Positions 39,676 through 48,938 are shown, numbered from the stretch's first letter. The stretch: DNA of 64,000 bases from Bdellovibrionales bacterium (GCA_031426555.1 JANPLN010000015.1:160001-224000), one strand, 5' to 3'. The notes: a model not told the origin generated them from the sequence alone. Translations and numbers: made by a program.

Positions 39676-40839
39676 ATGGAAACGAGCGAGTACAAAAACA
39701 AAGTCATCAATCAAGAAGCCATGCATTTTTGTTTAAATGTAGTGGAATTTTTTGAGGCTTTACCAGGCGACCGAGAGTTTTTTAAAAAAGCGGCTCTGGA
39801 TGGGCTCACATTTTGCCAATCTCTGCAGGAAGTGGGGCTCTACATCTTAAGCCTTAAGGAGTTGGCACTTCATCATCCGGTGGTTGATAAGGATAAGTTT
39901 TTGAATGTGGCCCACCGAGTTGGAAACGACACGCGACATTTGTTTGCATTCTTACAAACTACAAAGCTCTTGGCAGAAAAAAAAGATTTTAAATCATGGG
40001 ATCATTTTTTTAGCGCCGCAATGGTTGCCGTGGAAAACGAAGAATCCATGGCGGACTATCTGACAACAGTGCGCCACCTCACAGAGAAACTGAATTTCAC
40101 CCAATGGCCCGATTTTTTCACAATGGTAAAGCGCCTCAAGGAGCAATCTTCGTTTTTGGAGGTAGAGGTATTTTCTGCCGTGCGCCATGGTATCCAATAC
40201 TTCGAGGAAAGCGACACCATTAAAGGCTTGTTTCGAGTTCTTGCCGAGACACCGCAGTTTTCTGGAGCCTTTGCCTATGGGCAGCTCGACAGCAAAAAAT
40301 GGCTCATCGAAGAAGCGCAAAAAGTATGGGGCCCTCACTGGGGCACGGTTTTCGTTCTTGCGGGATGGATTGGCGTATTGCCTCGGATGATCTACGACAA
40401 AAAAATCACAACCACAAAAATCTATTCTTTCGATATCGACGGTAGCGCCACCAGAGCTTCTGAATTTCTTAACCAGGCGGAAGTTCAAAACGATTGGTCC
40501 TTTAAATCATCCTCGCAAGACATTACGACGATGCACTTTCCAACAACTTTCACGGTACTTCGTAAAGATGGAAGCCCTTGTGAGCTTTTGACGATGCCAG
40601 ATGTCGTGATCAACACCAGCTGCGAACACATCCAAGACATCACATCGTGGTGGTCGCAAATTCCCTTAGGTACCAGGGTGATTTTGCAATCGAACGATGG
40701 ATTTCACATTCCTGAACATGTTGCTTGTTTTAAGAGTCTCGAAGACTTTGCGAAGGCGATGTCCCTCACTCGAACCGATTTCATCGGGGAGAAAGCGTTA
40801 CCGGAATTCAATCGTTTTATGTTGATTGGTGTAAAGTAG
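39676..40839 (+). CDS. Protein with helical N-terminal region and C-terminal SAM-dependent methyltransferase-like domain
   Basis: GQLDSKKWL, VLAGWIG (motif I-like), SFDID, DVVINTSCEH, ILQSN. Confidence 0.6.
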   Translation: METSEYKNKVINQEAMHFCLNVVEFFEALPGDREFFKKAALDGLTFCQSLQEVGLYILSLKELALHHPVVDKDKFLNVAHRVGNDTRHLFAFLQTTKLLAEKKDFKSWDHFFSAAMVAVENEESMADYLTTVRHLTEKLNFTQWPDFFTMVKRLKEQSSFLEVEVFSAVRHGIQYFEESDTIKGLFRVLAETPQFSGAFAYGQLDSKKWLIEEAQKVWGPHWGTVFVLAGWIGVLPRMIYDKKITTTKIYSFDIDGSATRASEFLNQAEVQNDWSFKSSSQDITTMHFPTTFTVLRKDGSPCELLTMPDVVINTSCEHIQDITSWWSQIPLGTRVILQSNDGFHIPEHVACFKSLEDFAKAMSLTRTDFIGEKALPEFNRFMLIGVK

Positions 40840-41905
40840 TTTCTTTTCGAGCCTTAAAATCATGTGAGCAATAACATCGCTTGTGCGGACAAATGACAGG
40901 CGTCGTTGGCCACTGCACAGAATCTAAGTTTTCCACTTTTTTAAGATGCTCGACCCGTCGCCACGAACCTAACGGTGGGCTCACTCCGCACATAACAGAT
41001 CTTTTGATGTCTCCATTTTGTTCGAGGTAAAGAGTGTCGATACCAACATAGCAATTCCAGCCCTGCCAATTATTTAAATTATTAGTTGTTAAAAACGAGT
41101 TCGAAATCATTCCCGATGTTTCGTTCGTGTTCCTCTTAAAATACTGATTGTTTAATTCTTTGGCTCGCTTCCCTGTGAACATGGTACGCCAAGGTAACTT
41201 GTTGGCATGAATTGAATTCGATTTCATCCACTCAAGTTGTTCCTCACGATAAGGCCAGTCCTGATTTACTTTTGCTTCGGGAGCGACTTCTTGAGCAAAC
41301 TTCGACGACGGGAGGAGTGTGAGTTTTTGTAAGGAAATTGTTTTCGCTTTGCTAAATTTTTTAAAATACCCATGGGCAGCGACGCATTCGTCCCATTTTT
41401 TCGAGTACATCAAAAGGAGAATGCAAACCGACACTCCCTTGCGAGTGAGAATGTTGGAAACCGCCGTTAAATGCTTGGGATCGGCAAATTCCGGGTGATA
41501 ACTTAAAGTCACATGATGAAAGAATTCCGCATGTCGTTCCCACCAATCGAGGGTGCGAATCCCGTTGGTGACCAGCATCACTTTATTTTTGGTTTCGTGA
41601 ATAGCGTTGATGAGGTGCTCAAAGTCTTTCCAAAGCGTGACTTCGCCTCCGAGAAGTTCAAAAAAGATGGTCTTTTTTTTATGCAGAGTTTTAAAGATCT
41701 CGTCGATGGTCTTTACGGTTTTTACAGCCTCGCTCAGCGTGGGCCAAGCGAAACTTCCATCATGGCATTCCTTGGCACAATAGGCGCATTTGTAAGTGCA
41801 ATGATTGCCGAGGTTCCAATTCACAAAGAGCAATGGATTTTCAAACGTTGTTCGATTGGTAAGAGATGGCCCGAAACCATCAAATTTTTCAAAGGCGATC
41901 GACAT
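40817..41905 (-). CDS. Radical SAM protein, subtype B (#10)
   Basis: NWNLGNHCTYKCAYC; LGGEVT; VTNG; SYHP; C-terminal WNCYVG..MC..C...CYC; paralogous to 32442-33587. Confidence 0.88.
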   Translation of the reverse strand: MSIAFEKFDGFGPSLTNRTTFENPLLFVNWNLGNHCTYKCAYCAKECHDGSFAWPTLSEAVKTVKTIDEIFKTLHKKKTIFFELLGGEVTLWKDFEHLINAIHETKNKVMLVTNGIRTLDWWERHAEFFHHVTLSYHPEFADPKHLTAVSNILTRKGVSVCILLLMYSKKWDECVAAHGYFKKFSKAKTISLQKLTLLPSSKFAQEVAPEAKVNQDWPYREEQLEWMKSNSIHANKLPWRTMFTGKRAKELNNQYFKRNTNETSGMISNSFLTTNNLNNWQGWNCYVGIDTLYLEQNGDIKRSVMCGVSPPLGSWRRVEHLKKVENLDSVQWPTTPVICPHKRCYCSHDFKARKETTLHQST

Positions 41906-41958
41906 GACCTAAATCTATTGTTGTTCTACTTTGTCGGCTAGTTTATTCTCGAAGTCAT

Positions 41959-43090
41959 ATGGCACTGGGCGGCAACTCACGATTTTGTTCTCTTCCGTTT
42001 GTTCGACGAGTTGTTGCGCCGTCGGGAATGCTCCGACCTTGTTGTGATTTTTCGGCACCCTACAGCTACAGCGACGAGGATTTCAAAAATTTGCAAGCTG
42101 CGTTATTGGCCGATATTCCCCATCCCCATTGCAGGATCTGCTGGGAAAAAGAAGCGGTGGGTGTGGAGTCGCTGCGCTCCGAAAAAACCTACGATAACTT
42201 AAATCGAATTCGAGTTCTCGAATTGAATTTATCAAACCTCTGCAACCTGAAGTGTAGAATGTGCGGTTCAGATTCCAGCAGTGCATGGATTGAGGATGAG
42301 ATCTTTCTGAGGGAAAAAATTATCGATGATCCGTTTCGACCAAAACAAATTGAAAAGCTTGAGCGGGCTTTTAATAACAAAAAAGCTCTTTTTGATTTTT
42401 TAAATTCTTTAGATTTGCAGGATTTGGAGCACATCACGTTTTTTGGCGGTGAGCCTTTTCTTCAACCACTGTTTGCGGAAGTGCTGGAGTATTTAATCCG
42501 TAGTAATAGAACCAATATTTCTCTTCGTGTGACAACAAATGGAACAATTGTTTTAGATAAACATTTGTCCCTGCTAAAACAGTTTGAGCGCGTTGATTAC
42601 AGACTGAGTATAGAGGCCGTTGGAAGTTTGTATAAATACATCCGGGGTGGTGAAAAGTTTTCCTTGGCCGACGTCGAAAAAAAATCTTCATAATATTAAA
42701 AACACCACCCACTTTCAGGTTTCTGCAAACTGCGCCCTCAGCGCATACAGCGCTTTTGGAATTGCAGATCTTTACATTTGGCTGAACGAAAATCTTGGTG
42801 GCGCCGTTGGAAAGGCGCATTGGTATGATGTTTTTGATCCTCCATATCTCGCACCGAAGGTGCTCCCTTTAGCGATCCGTTTACGAGCAAGAGATCACAA
42901 TGTTGAAATTCTTCAAAACCATGGGCTTTTATCAAAACACCTTGAACTAGAGGTAAGCAGGTTACTGCAAATACAAATACCCACGAAACGCGAGGAAACT
43001 GCGCAATTTTTAAAATTTACTCGGATATTGGATGAAAGAAGGAATGAAAACTTTTTTTCTTTTTTACCAAAGGATATCGATTTTATTTAA
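41959..43090 (+). pseudogene. Radical SAM protein with N-terminal twitch domain (#11), split by a 1-nt frameshift in an A8 run
   Basis: FCSLPF..PCC..CRICW; CNLKCRMC; FGGEPF; ORF stops at 42693; removing one A from 42677-42684 joins it to the 42620-43090 frame (..DVEKNLHNIK..PPYLAP..LDERRNENF), matching paralog C-termini. Confidence 0.8.
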
Positions 43091-43395
43091 ATTTCAGTAT
43101 TGTCGGTATCGCCGGCCGCATCGCTGTCCTGCGAGGGTTTCGAATTTCCACTGAGCTGGAGTTGAGCATTGTCTTTAGAAACATCGCTCGATGCAGGATC
43201 GAGTGACGTCACTCCCGGTCCACCGCTATTTAGAGAGGCCGCGATGGCCACAAAATTTGCAACTTGATCGGCAAATGAGGGAGTGGACGACCCGCCGGCG
43301 CGCAGGTTTGGATCGTCAGCGGAATTTAAACGAGCGAATGCAACGGATGCGGTGAGTGCGCTCATTGAAACAAAAAGAATATATTTTTTTATCAC
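43087..43395 (-). CDS. Small secreted low-complexity (Ser/Asp/Gly/Asn-rich) protein
   Basis: GTG at 43395 with GAGGGG RBS; signal peptide ending VAFA; disordered-looking mature region. Confidence 0.65.
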   Translation of the reverse strand: MIKKYILFVSMSALTASVAFARLNSADDPNLRAGGSSTPSFADQVANFVAIAASLNSGGPGVTSLDPASSDVSKDNAQLQLSGNSKPSQDSDAAGDTDNTEI

Positions 43396-43495
43396 GAAAT
43401 TCCCCTCAAAAAATCTTAACATACCTATCGACATATTCCACAAGTGATTCAAATTTTTTTGTAAAAAGTCTCGTATTGAGACAATGGCTAAAAGT

Positions 43496-43966
43496 CTAGA
43501 ATGCGCGCTTTGCTTTAAAAAATTCTTTTAAAACCAAAGCGCATTCGGACTCGAGAATGCCACCGACCACTTCCACTTGATGGTTGTGTTTGCGATTTGA
43601 TAGAAGACCAAAAATACTTTCGGCCCCACCCTTGGGATCGGAAGCGCCATAGACCAATGTTTTAATCCGGGCCTGAATCAAGGCCCCAGCACACATCGCA
43701 CAGGGTTCTAGGGTGGTGACCAACACACAGTCCACCAACCGCCACGAACCCAGGCGCTGACTGGCCTCCTGAAGGGCGAGGAGTTCGGCATGGGCCGAAG
43801 GGGATTGTAGAGCTTCGCGTAAATTATGGGCACGTGCAATAACTCGGTCATCCTTGATCACCAAGGCCCCCACCGGCACCTCGTCTTTGCCAGCGGCAAT
43901 ACGAGCCTCATCCAGGGCCAAACGCATCCAGTTTTCATGATTTTCGGAAAGATTCACGGCATCCAT
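43496..43966 (-). CDS. tadA: tRNA adenosine(34) deaminase
   Basis: EVPVGA, AHAE, TLEPCAMCAGA, DPKGG. Confidence 0.93.
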   Translation of the reverse strand: MDAVNLSENHENWMRLALDEARIAAGKDEVPVGALVIKDDRVIARAHNLREALQSPSAHAELLALQEASQRLGSWRLVDCVLVTTLEPCAMCAGALIQARIKTLVYGASDPKGGAESIFGLLSNRKHNHQVEVVGGILESECALVLKEFFKAKRAF

Positions 43967-44064
43967 AGTCCGCCAATTTATAAGGCGTTTCGCCCAATGT
44001 CATTAAAGATGACAGCCTAAAGTACTTTTGTTAAGACCATCCGTTGAAGGGCAGGTGATTGACT

Positions 44065-44265
44065 ATGTCATTAGTAAGATTGCGCGATGGCGAGAGCTTT
44101 GAACAGGCTTTCCGTCGTTTTAAGAAATCCTGCGAAAAATCAGGCGTATTATCCGAAGTTAAAAAGCGCGAACATTACGAAAAACCTGGCGTTCGAAAAA
44201 AGAAAAAATCGATGTCGGCTCGTAAACGTTCGTTAAAAAAAGTACGCCGCTTTGGAGATTACTAG
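44065..44265 (+). CDS. rpsU: 30S ribosomal protein S21
   Basis: [21 protein letters not shown]. Confidence 0.96.
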   Translation: MSLVRLRDGESFEQAFRRFKKSCEKSGVLSEVKKREHYEKPGVRKKKKSMSARKRSLKKVRRFGDY

Positions 44266-44298
44266 CCAGTAGATTACTAACTTGGAGATTTATTAGTC

Positions 44299-44751
44299 AT
44301 GTCGCTTAAGCAACAGATATCAGATGACACCAAAGACGCTATGAAGGCGAGGGATGCTGACAAGGTTAGCACTCTTCGCTTTTTACAAGCTGCTGTTAAA
44401 AATAAGGAAATCGAAATCCGTCCCAACGCTTTAACCGATGAAGACGTGGTGACGGTCCTTAGAAAGTCCGTCAAACAACGACAGGACTCGATCGAACAGT
44501 ATGTGTCTGCGGGGCGAACAGACCTCGCCGACAAAGAAAAAATGGAGTTATCGATTATCGAGGGATACTTACCCAAGCAAATGAGCGCAGATCAAATCGA
44601 GGCTGTTGTAAAACAGGCTATCAAAGATGTCGGTGCCACGTCGCCCAAGGAAATGGGAGCCGTGATGAAAGCGGTTCAAGCGAAAACTAACGGTACCGCA
44701 GACAACAAGATCGTCAGCGAAATAGTCAAAAAGTTACTTCAGCCCCAATAA
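44299..44751 (+). CDS. GatB/YqeY domain protein
   Basis: AMKA, KQRQDSIEQY, GRTDL, YLPKQ, MGAVM; rpsU-yqeY-dnaG synteny. Confidence 0.92.
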   Translation: MSLKQQISDDTKDAMKARDADKVSTLRFLQAAVKNKEIEIRPNALTDEDVVTVLRKSVKQRQDSIEQYVSAGRTDLADKEKMELSIIEGYLPKQMSADQIEAVVKQAIKDVGATSPKEMGAVMKAVQAKTNGTADNKIVSEIVKKLLQPQ

Positions 44752-44767
44752 TTAATGTTGAGATAAC

Positions 44768-44800
44768 GGAGCCCCCTTCCAAGGGAGCTCCTCTTTATTT
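44768..44800 (+). terminator. Hairpin between yqeY and dnaG (possible attenuating terminator)
   Basis: GGAGC-CCC...GGG-A-GCTCC followed by TCTTTATTT. Confidence 0.5.
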
Positions 44801-44817
44801 GGGGATAGGAACTACAA

Positions 44818-46644
44818 TTGAAATTTAACCAAGACTTTATTGAGCAGGTCCGAGAGGCCAATAACGTCGTCGATATTATTGGTCAGTACACGGAGCTCAA
44901 AGGCCGAGGGCACCAATTTATGGGGCTCTGTCCATTCCCTACCCACAACGAAAAATCCCCCAGCTTTTCAGTCTCGGACGACAAACAACTTTATCACTGC
45001 TTCGGCTGCAAAAGATCAGGCAATCTCTACACTTTTTTGCAGGAGCACAGCGGACTTAGCTTTACCGATGCTGTTGAGTTTCTAGCTCGCAGAGCCAACA
45101 TTCCAATGCCCGAGAACATCGAAGATAACAAAGAGCGCACTCATAGAACTACTTTTTTCCGCATCAACAAGTTTGCAGCCTCCTTCTTTTACCGCCAGCT
45201 TAAAACCTTGCCCGACGATCACATCGCCAAAAAATATCTCGTGCAGCGCGGGCTCACCGATGAGGTGGTCGATGAAATGAAAATCGGCTACGCCGGCGAT
45301 AATTGGTCAGACCTTTACGAATTTTTCCGCGACAAAAGCGTGCCTCTCGAAGAAGCCGAACGCCTCGGTCTCATTAAGCCAAAAAAGAACGGCTATTTTG
45401 ATTTGTTTCACCACCGCTTGATCTTTCCCATTCTCTCCACTCAAGAAGACGTGGTGGGCTTTGGCGGACGGGTGCTAGACAAAGAGCAAAAACCCAAATA
45501 CCTCAACAGTCCCGAGTCGCCAGTTTTTCACAAAGGGCGCACCTTTTACGGACTCAACTTTGCTGCCAAGGCTATTCGCCAACACGATCGCGTTGTGATT
45601 GTGGAAGGCTACATGGATCAAATCGCCCTCTATTCAGCCGGGATTAAAAATGTGGTTGCCACCTTGGGAACTGCCCTCACCGAGGACCACGCGCGGGTGA
45701 TTCACAAGTACACGTCGCAGGTTGTCCTGATGTTTGATGGCGATTTTGCCGGCATGACGGCCGCCGAGCGCAGTTTGCTGCCGATGTTTGCCCAAGGATT
45801 GTGTCCGCTGGCCGTTTTTTTACCCGAGTCCTTGGATCCCGACGACTATGTAAAAAAATATGGCGCCGAAGACTTACAGAACAAAATCAATCAGGCTCAG
45901 GAGCTTTTTATCCTCATGATCAACGATTGGTTGAAAGACTCTAAGTTTACGGCGGGCGAAAAACTCGTTTTTATGGAAAAGGTCGCACCCTTTCTCAACG
46001 CGATCAGCGATCGAAGTCTCAAAGATCTTTACGTTAAAGAGGTGGCCGCGCGACTTTCTGTGGACACAAAATGGGTGATTCGCTCTCTGCAGGACGAGGC
46101 ACCAAAGCCTCTGGTTTCGCAAAAACCAGCATCGCTTGAACAAAAACCAACGGCACCCGCTGTTGACCCCAATGAACCTCCTCAGTGGAAGCTCAAAGGC
46201 GCTCCAAAGGAGGAGCTTTATCTGCTGGGGGTTGTCCTTAACTCACCAGAATCACTTGTCAAAGTGATCGATACAGAGGTGGGAGCGAAATTTTCTTCAG
46301 AGTCCGTGAAAAAACTACTGTCCCTTGTCATCGAGAGATATAGACAAAATCCAAGTGATTTTGATAAGCTGGCGCCGCTAGTGGTCTCGCGCATAAAGGA
46401 CCCTGAAGAACTTACAGGTTTGTTTAAATTTTGGTCCCTGGATGGACCCGATGGCGAGGTTATGAAGACCACCTTGAGCTGTATTAAAAGGGTCGAAGCG
46501 CACCATTCTCGGCGCCAAAGCCAAATAATAGCAGGACAGCTCCAAAACGGAGTGGAAGGTACGAGTTTAGAAAAGTTGGAACAGATCATGAATATACACA
46601 AGAATCGAATTCAATTAAATCGCCCCGTAAAAGGAGAGCCATGA
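44818..46644 (+). CDS. dnaG: DNA primase
   Basis: CPF..H.EKSPSF..CFGC zinc finger; KYLNSPE; VEGYMD; FDGD (TOPRIM); DPDD. Confidence 0.97.
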   Translation: MKFNQDFIEQVREANNVVDIIGQYTELKGRGHQFMGLCPFPTHNEKSPSFSVSDDKQLYHCFGCKRSGNLYTFLQEHSGLSFTDAVEFLARRANIPMPENIEDNKERTHRTTFFRINKFAASFFYRQLKTLPDDHIAKKYLVQRGLTDEVVDEMKIGYAGDNWSDLYEFFRDKSVPLEEAERLGLIKPKKNGYFDLFHHRLIFPILSTQEDVVGFGGRVLDKEQKPKYLNSPESPVFHKGRTFYGLNFAAKAIRQHDRVVIVEGYMDQIALYSAGIKNVVATLGTALTEDHARVIHKYTSQVVLMFDGDFAGMTAAERSLLPMFAQGLCPLAVFLPESLDPDDYVKKYGAEDLQNKINQAQELFILMINDWLKDSKFTAGEKLVFMEKVAPFLNAISDRSLKDLYVKEVAARLSVDTKWVIRSLQDEAPKPLVSQKPASLEQKPTAPAVDPNEPPQWKLKGAPKEELYLLGVVLNSPESLVKVIDTEVGAKFSSESVKKLLSLVIERYRQNPSDFDKLAPLVVSRIKDPEELTGLFKFWSLDGPDGEVMKTTLSCIKRVEAHHSRRQSQIIAGQLQNGVEGTSLEKLEQIMNIHKNRIQLNRPVKGEP

Positions 46645-48440
46645 ACAAGCCGAAAAAAGAAGAGGTTCCCGTTATAACCGTCGACGAACAAAAAAAGATG
46701 ATCAAAGAAGAGCTCAGAAAGCTCGTGGAGCTTTCGTTAAAAAAAGGCTCTCTCACTGTTGAAGAAATCAATGAGTCCGTCGCTGTTGAAATCATAGCTT
46801 CCGAGGCTTTAGATTCTCTTATGCATGGCCTCGAGGTGCAAGGTGTGAGTATCACTGAGCATGTGCACGAAGAGGAAGAGGGCGAAGAAACAGCCTTCCT
46901 CGAAGAGATAGATGACAGCGAAGAAGAAGACGTGGCAGAAGCTACCGACGTTAAAGGCAGTGATCCTGTTCGCATGTACTTGCGCAAGATGGGAAGCGTT
47001 TCGCTTTTAACTCGCGAAGGTGAAGTGCAAATTGCCCAGAGAATCGAAAAAGGGGAGCGCCAAATCGTGCGCGCCATCCTTACTACACCCATCGGAACGC
47101 GCGAGATCATCAACCTTGGTGAGCGCGTGGACAAAGGCCGTTTAAAAGTAAAAGCGATTTTCCGTGGTCTTGAGGACGAAGAAACTCAATACAACGAGCA
47201 AGAGTACATCGATAAAATTCACGAATTGATTGGCGAAGTTAAAAAGTACGAAAAGAAAGCCAAGCGATTTTTTAAAGTTCTCGAGCAAGTCGAAGTTTCC
47301 GAAAAAGACAAAAAAGATGCCGAGCAAGAAATCTCTGTAATGGTGGACGAGTTGATGGTGAAGTTTGAATCCATTAACTTTAACCGCAAAACAATCAACC
47401 GGGTTGTTATTAAGTTTAAAAACTTAGTTCAACGCATGTCGCAGCTTCAAGGTCGCGTGAAAGAAGCCGTTGCAAAAACGTTCTCCAAAGATCTTACGGT
47501 TCTTGCCGAGCGCTATGCAAAAGTGGAATCCAGCGAAAAAGAAATCGCAGTTATGACCCGCGAAACAGGTTTAAATTTTAACAAATTCCGCGGGTACTAT
47601 TTGTCGGCGTCGGACGCACAGTTGCGTGTTTCCACACTGACCGAAGACACGCAGATGCATTTCAATTGGATTCGCGAAACCAACACAGCCATTTGGCGTG
47701 GTGAGCGCGATGCAGACCGTGCAAAATCAGAGCTCGTTGAGGCCAATCTTCGACTTGTGGTTTCCATCGCAAAAAAATACACCAACCGTGGACTTCAGTT
47801 TTTGGATTTGATTCAAGAAGGCAACATCGGTTTGATGAAAGCCGTTGATAAGTTTGAATACCGTCGTGGATACAAGTTTTCTACGTACGCCACGTGGTGG
47901 ATTCGTCAGGCTATTACTCGCGCCATTGCCGATCAAGCGCGCACAATTCGTATTCCCGTGCACATGATCGAAACCATCAACAAGCTTGTTCGTACATCGC
48001 GCTACCTTGTTCAGGAATTGGGGCGCGAGCCACAGCCTGAAGAGATCGCAGTGAAAATGGATATGCACGTTGATAAAGTTCGCAAGGTTTTAAAAATCGC
48101 CAAAGAGCCAATCAGTCTCGAAACCCCAGTGGGTGAAGAGGAAGATTCGCACTTGGGAGATTTTATTGAAGACAAAAAAGTTATCAATCCTGCAGAAGCC
48201 ATTGTGAACTTAAACTTGGCCGAACAAACACGCCGAGTTCTTTCCACGCTCACAGCGCGCGAAGAAAAAGTTCTCCGCATGCGTTTTGGTATCGGCGAAG
48301 AGAGCGATCACACGTTAGAAGAAGTGGGTCAGGATTTTAACGTAACACGCGAACGAATTCGTCAAATTGAAGCGAAGGCTTTGCGCAAGCTTCGTCATCC
48401 ATCCCGCTCTGCCAAACTCAAAGCGTTTATAGATAGTTAA
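46641..48440 (+). CDS. rpoD: RNA polymerase primary sigma factor
   Basis: [54 protein letters not shown]. Confidence 0.98.
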   Translation: MNKPKKEEVPVITVDEQKKMIKEELRKLVELSLKKGSLTVEEINESVAVEIIASEALDSLMHGLEVQGVSITEHVHEEEEGEETAFLEEIDDSEEEDVAEATDVKGSDPVRMYLRKMGSVSLLTREGEVQIAQRIEKGERQIVRAILTTPIGTREIINLGERVDKGRLKVKAIFRGLEDEETQYNEQEYIDKIHELIGEVKKYEKKAKRFFKVLEQVEVSEKDKKDAEQEISVMVDELMVKFESINFNRKTINRVVIKFKNLVQRMSQLQGRVKEAVAKTFSKDLTVLAERYAKVESSEKEIAVMTRETGLNFNKFRGYYLSASDAQLRVSTLTEDTQMHFNWIRETNTAIWRGERDADRAKSELVEANLRLVVSIAKKYTNRGLQFLDLIQEGNIGLMKAVDKFEYRRGYKFSTYATWWIRQAITRAIADQARTIRIPVHMIETINKLVRTSRYLVQELGREPQPEEIAVKMDMHVDKVRKVLKIAKEPISLETPVGEEEDSHLGDFIEDKKVINPAEAIVNLNLAEQTRRVLSTLTAREEKVLRMRFGIGEESDHTLEEVGQDFNVTRERIRQIEAKALRKLRHPSRSAKLKAFIDS

Positions 48441-48451
48441 ACTACCAATTC

Positions 48452-48494
48452 GGAATCCTGGAGACTGTTAACGGTATCCGGGATTCTGTATTTT
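48452..48494 (+). terminator. Probable terminator hairpin after rpoD
   Basis: GAATCCTGGA...TCCGGGATTC inverted repeat followed by TGTATTTT. Confidence 0.5.
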
Positions 48495-48497
48495 CAC

Positions 48498-48574
48498 GGG
48501 GGTGTAGCTTAGTTGGTTAAAGCATCCGGCTCATAACCGGAGGATCCGCGGTTCAAGTCCGTGCACCCCTACCA
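48498..48574 (+). tRNA. tRNA with CAT anticodon (most likely Ile2/lysidine; elongator Met not excluded)
   Basis: Cloverleaf: GGGGGTG/CACCCCT acceptor stem, TAGCTTAGTTGG D-arm, TCCGG-CTCATAA-CCGGA anticodon arm, GGTTCAAGTCC T-arm, encoded CCA; lacks initiator features. Confidence 0.92.
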
Positions 48575-48761
48575 TACTTTCGATCGTTAGTTTTGTGGTT
48601 TTCGTTTTTCCATTTTCATTTCTTAGTTTACCTGCACGGACAGATCGCTTTCGCGATCATGCGTGCTCACCTTCGCCTTCGCTTCGGGTCGCACGCATAT
48701 GCTCCGCACTAAAACGCGCCGTCGGTAAATTTAATAGTCCGCGTTTTACCCGCGGGCACAA

Positions 48762-48776
48762 CGTGCACCCCTACCA
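48762..48776 (+). repeat. Exact 15-bp direct repeat of the tRNA 3' end (att-like)
   Basis: CGTGCACCCCTACCA at 48560-48574 and again at 48762-48776. Confidence 0.85.
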
Positions 48777-48786
48777 CTCTTCGTCC

Positions 48787-48847
48787 CGTCATCCTGACGG
48801 TGCCGTCGCTTTGCCGGCCCTGTCATAATGAGTTTCGTGAAGGATCT
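48787..48847. repeat. Possible CGTC-tagged REP-like palindrome
   Basis: CGTCATCCTGACG...CGTGAAGGATCT ends resemble CGTC-type REP elements; only one copy seen in the window. Confidence 0.35.
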
Positions 48848-48938
48848 GGCTTTCAGGCGCATAGGGTTCGAGCTGGAAAGGTTATTAAAGTACCATTACA
48901 ATTGTGGTTTCTCTTTTTCAAACTCGAAGGGGTAAAAC

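Noticed and set aside
11634..43090. Classical RiPP (SPASM/ranthipeptide-type) cluster
   Set aside because: I found no precursor with a leader, no recognisable PqqD/RRE domain and no peptidase-ABC exporter. Intergenic gaps are too short for most precursors. Not fully excluded, since a precursor could be encoded elsewhere.
9215..43395. Prophage or integrative island
   Set aside because: No integrase, transposase, terminase or structural genes, and no flanking direct repeats noticed.
46586..47134. Long antisense ORFs (e.g. 46586-47134, 20613-21152, 39994-40488, 30896-31450, 44277-44576)
   Set aside because: They lie opposite conserved genes, show no motifs, and are expected shadow ORFs.
48498..48574. 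Initiator tRNA-fMet
   Set aside because: Lacks the C1:A72 mismatch and the three consecutive G-C pairs in the anticodon stem.
48595..48828. 77 aa ORF downstream of the tRNA
   Set aside because: No RBS; runs through palindromic non-coding repeats; no recognisable motif.
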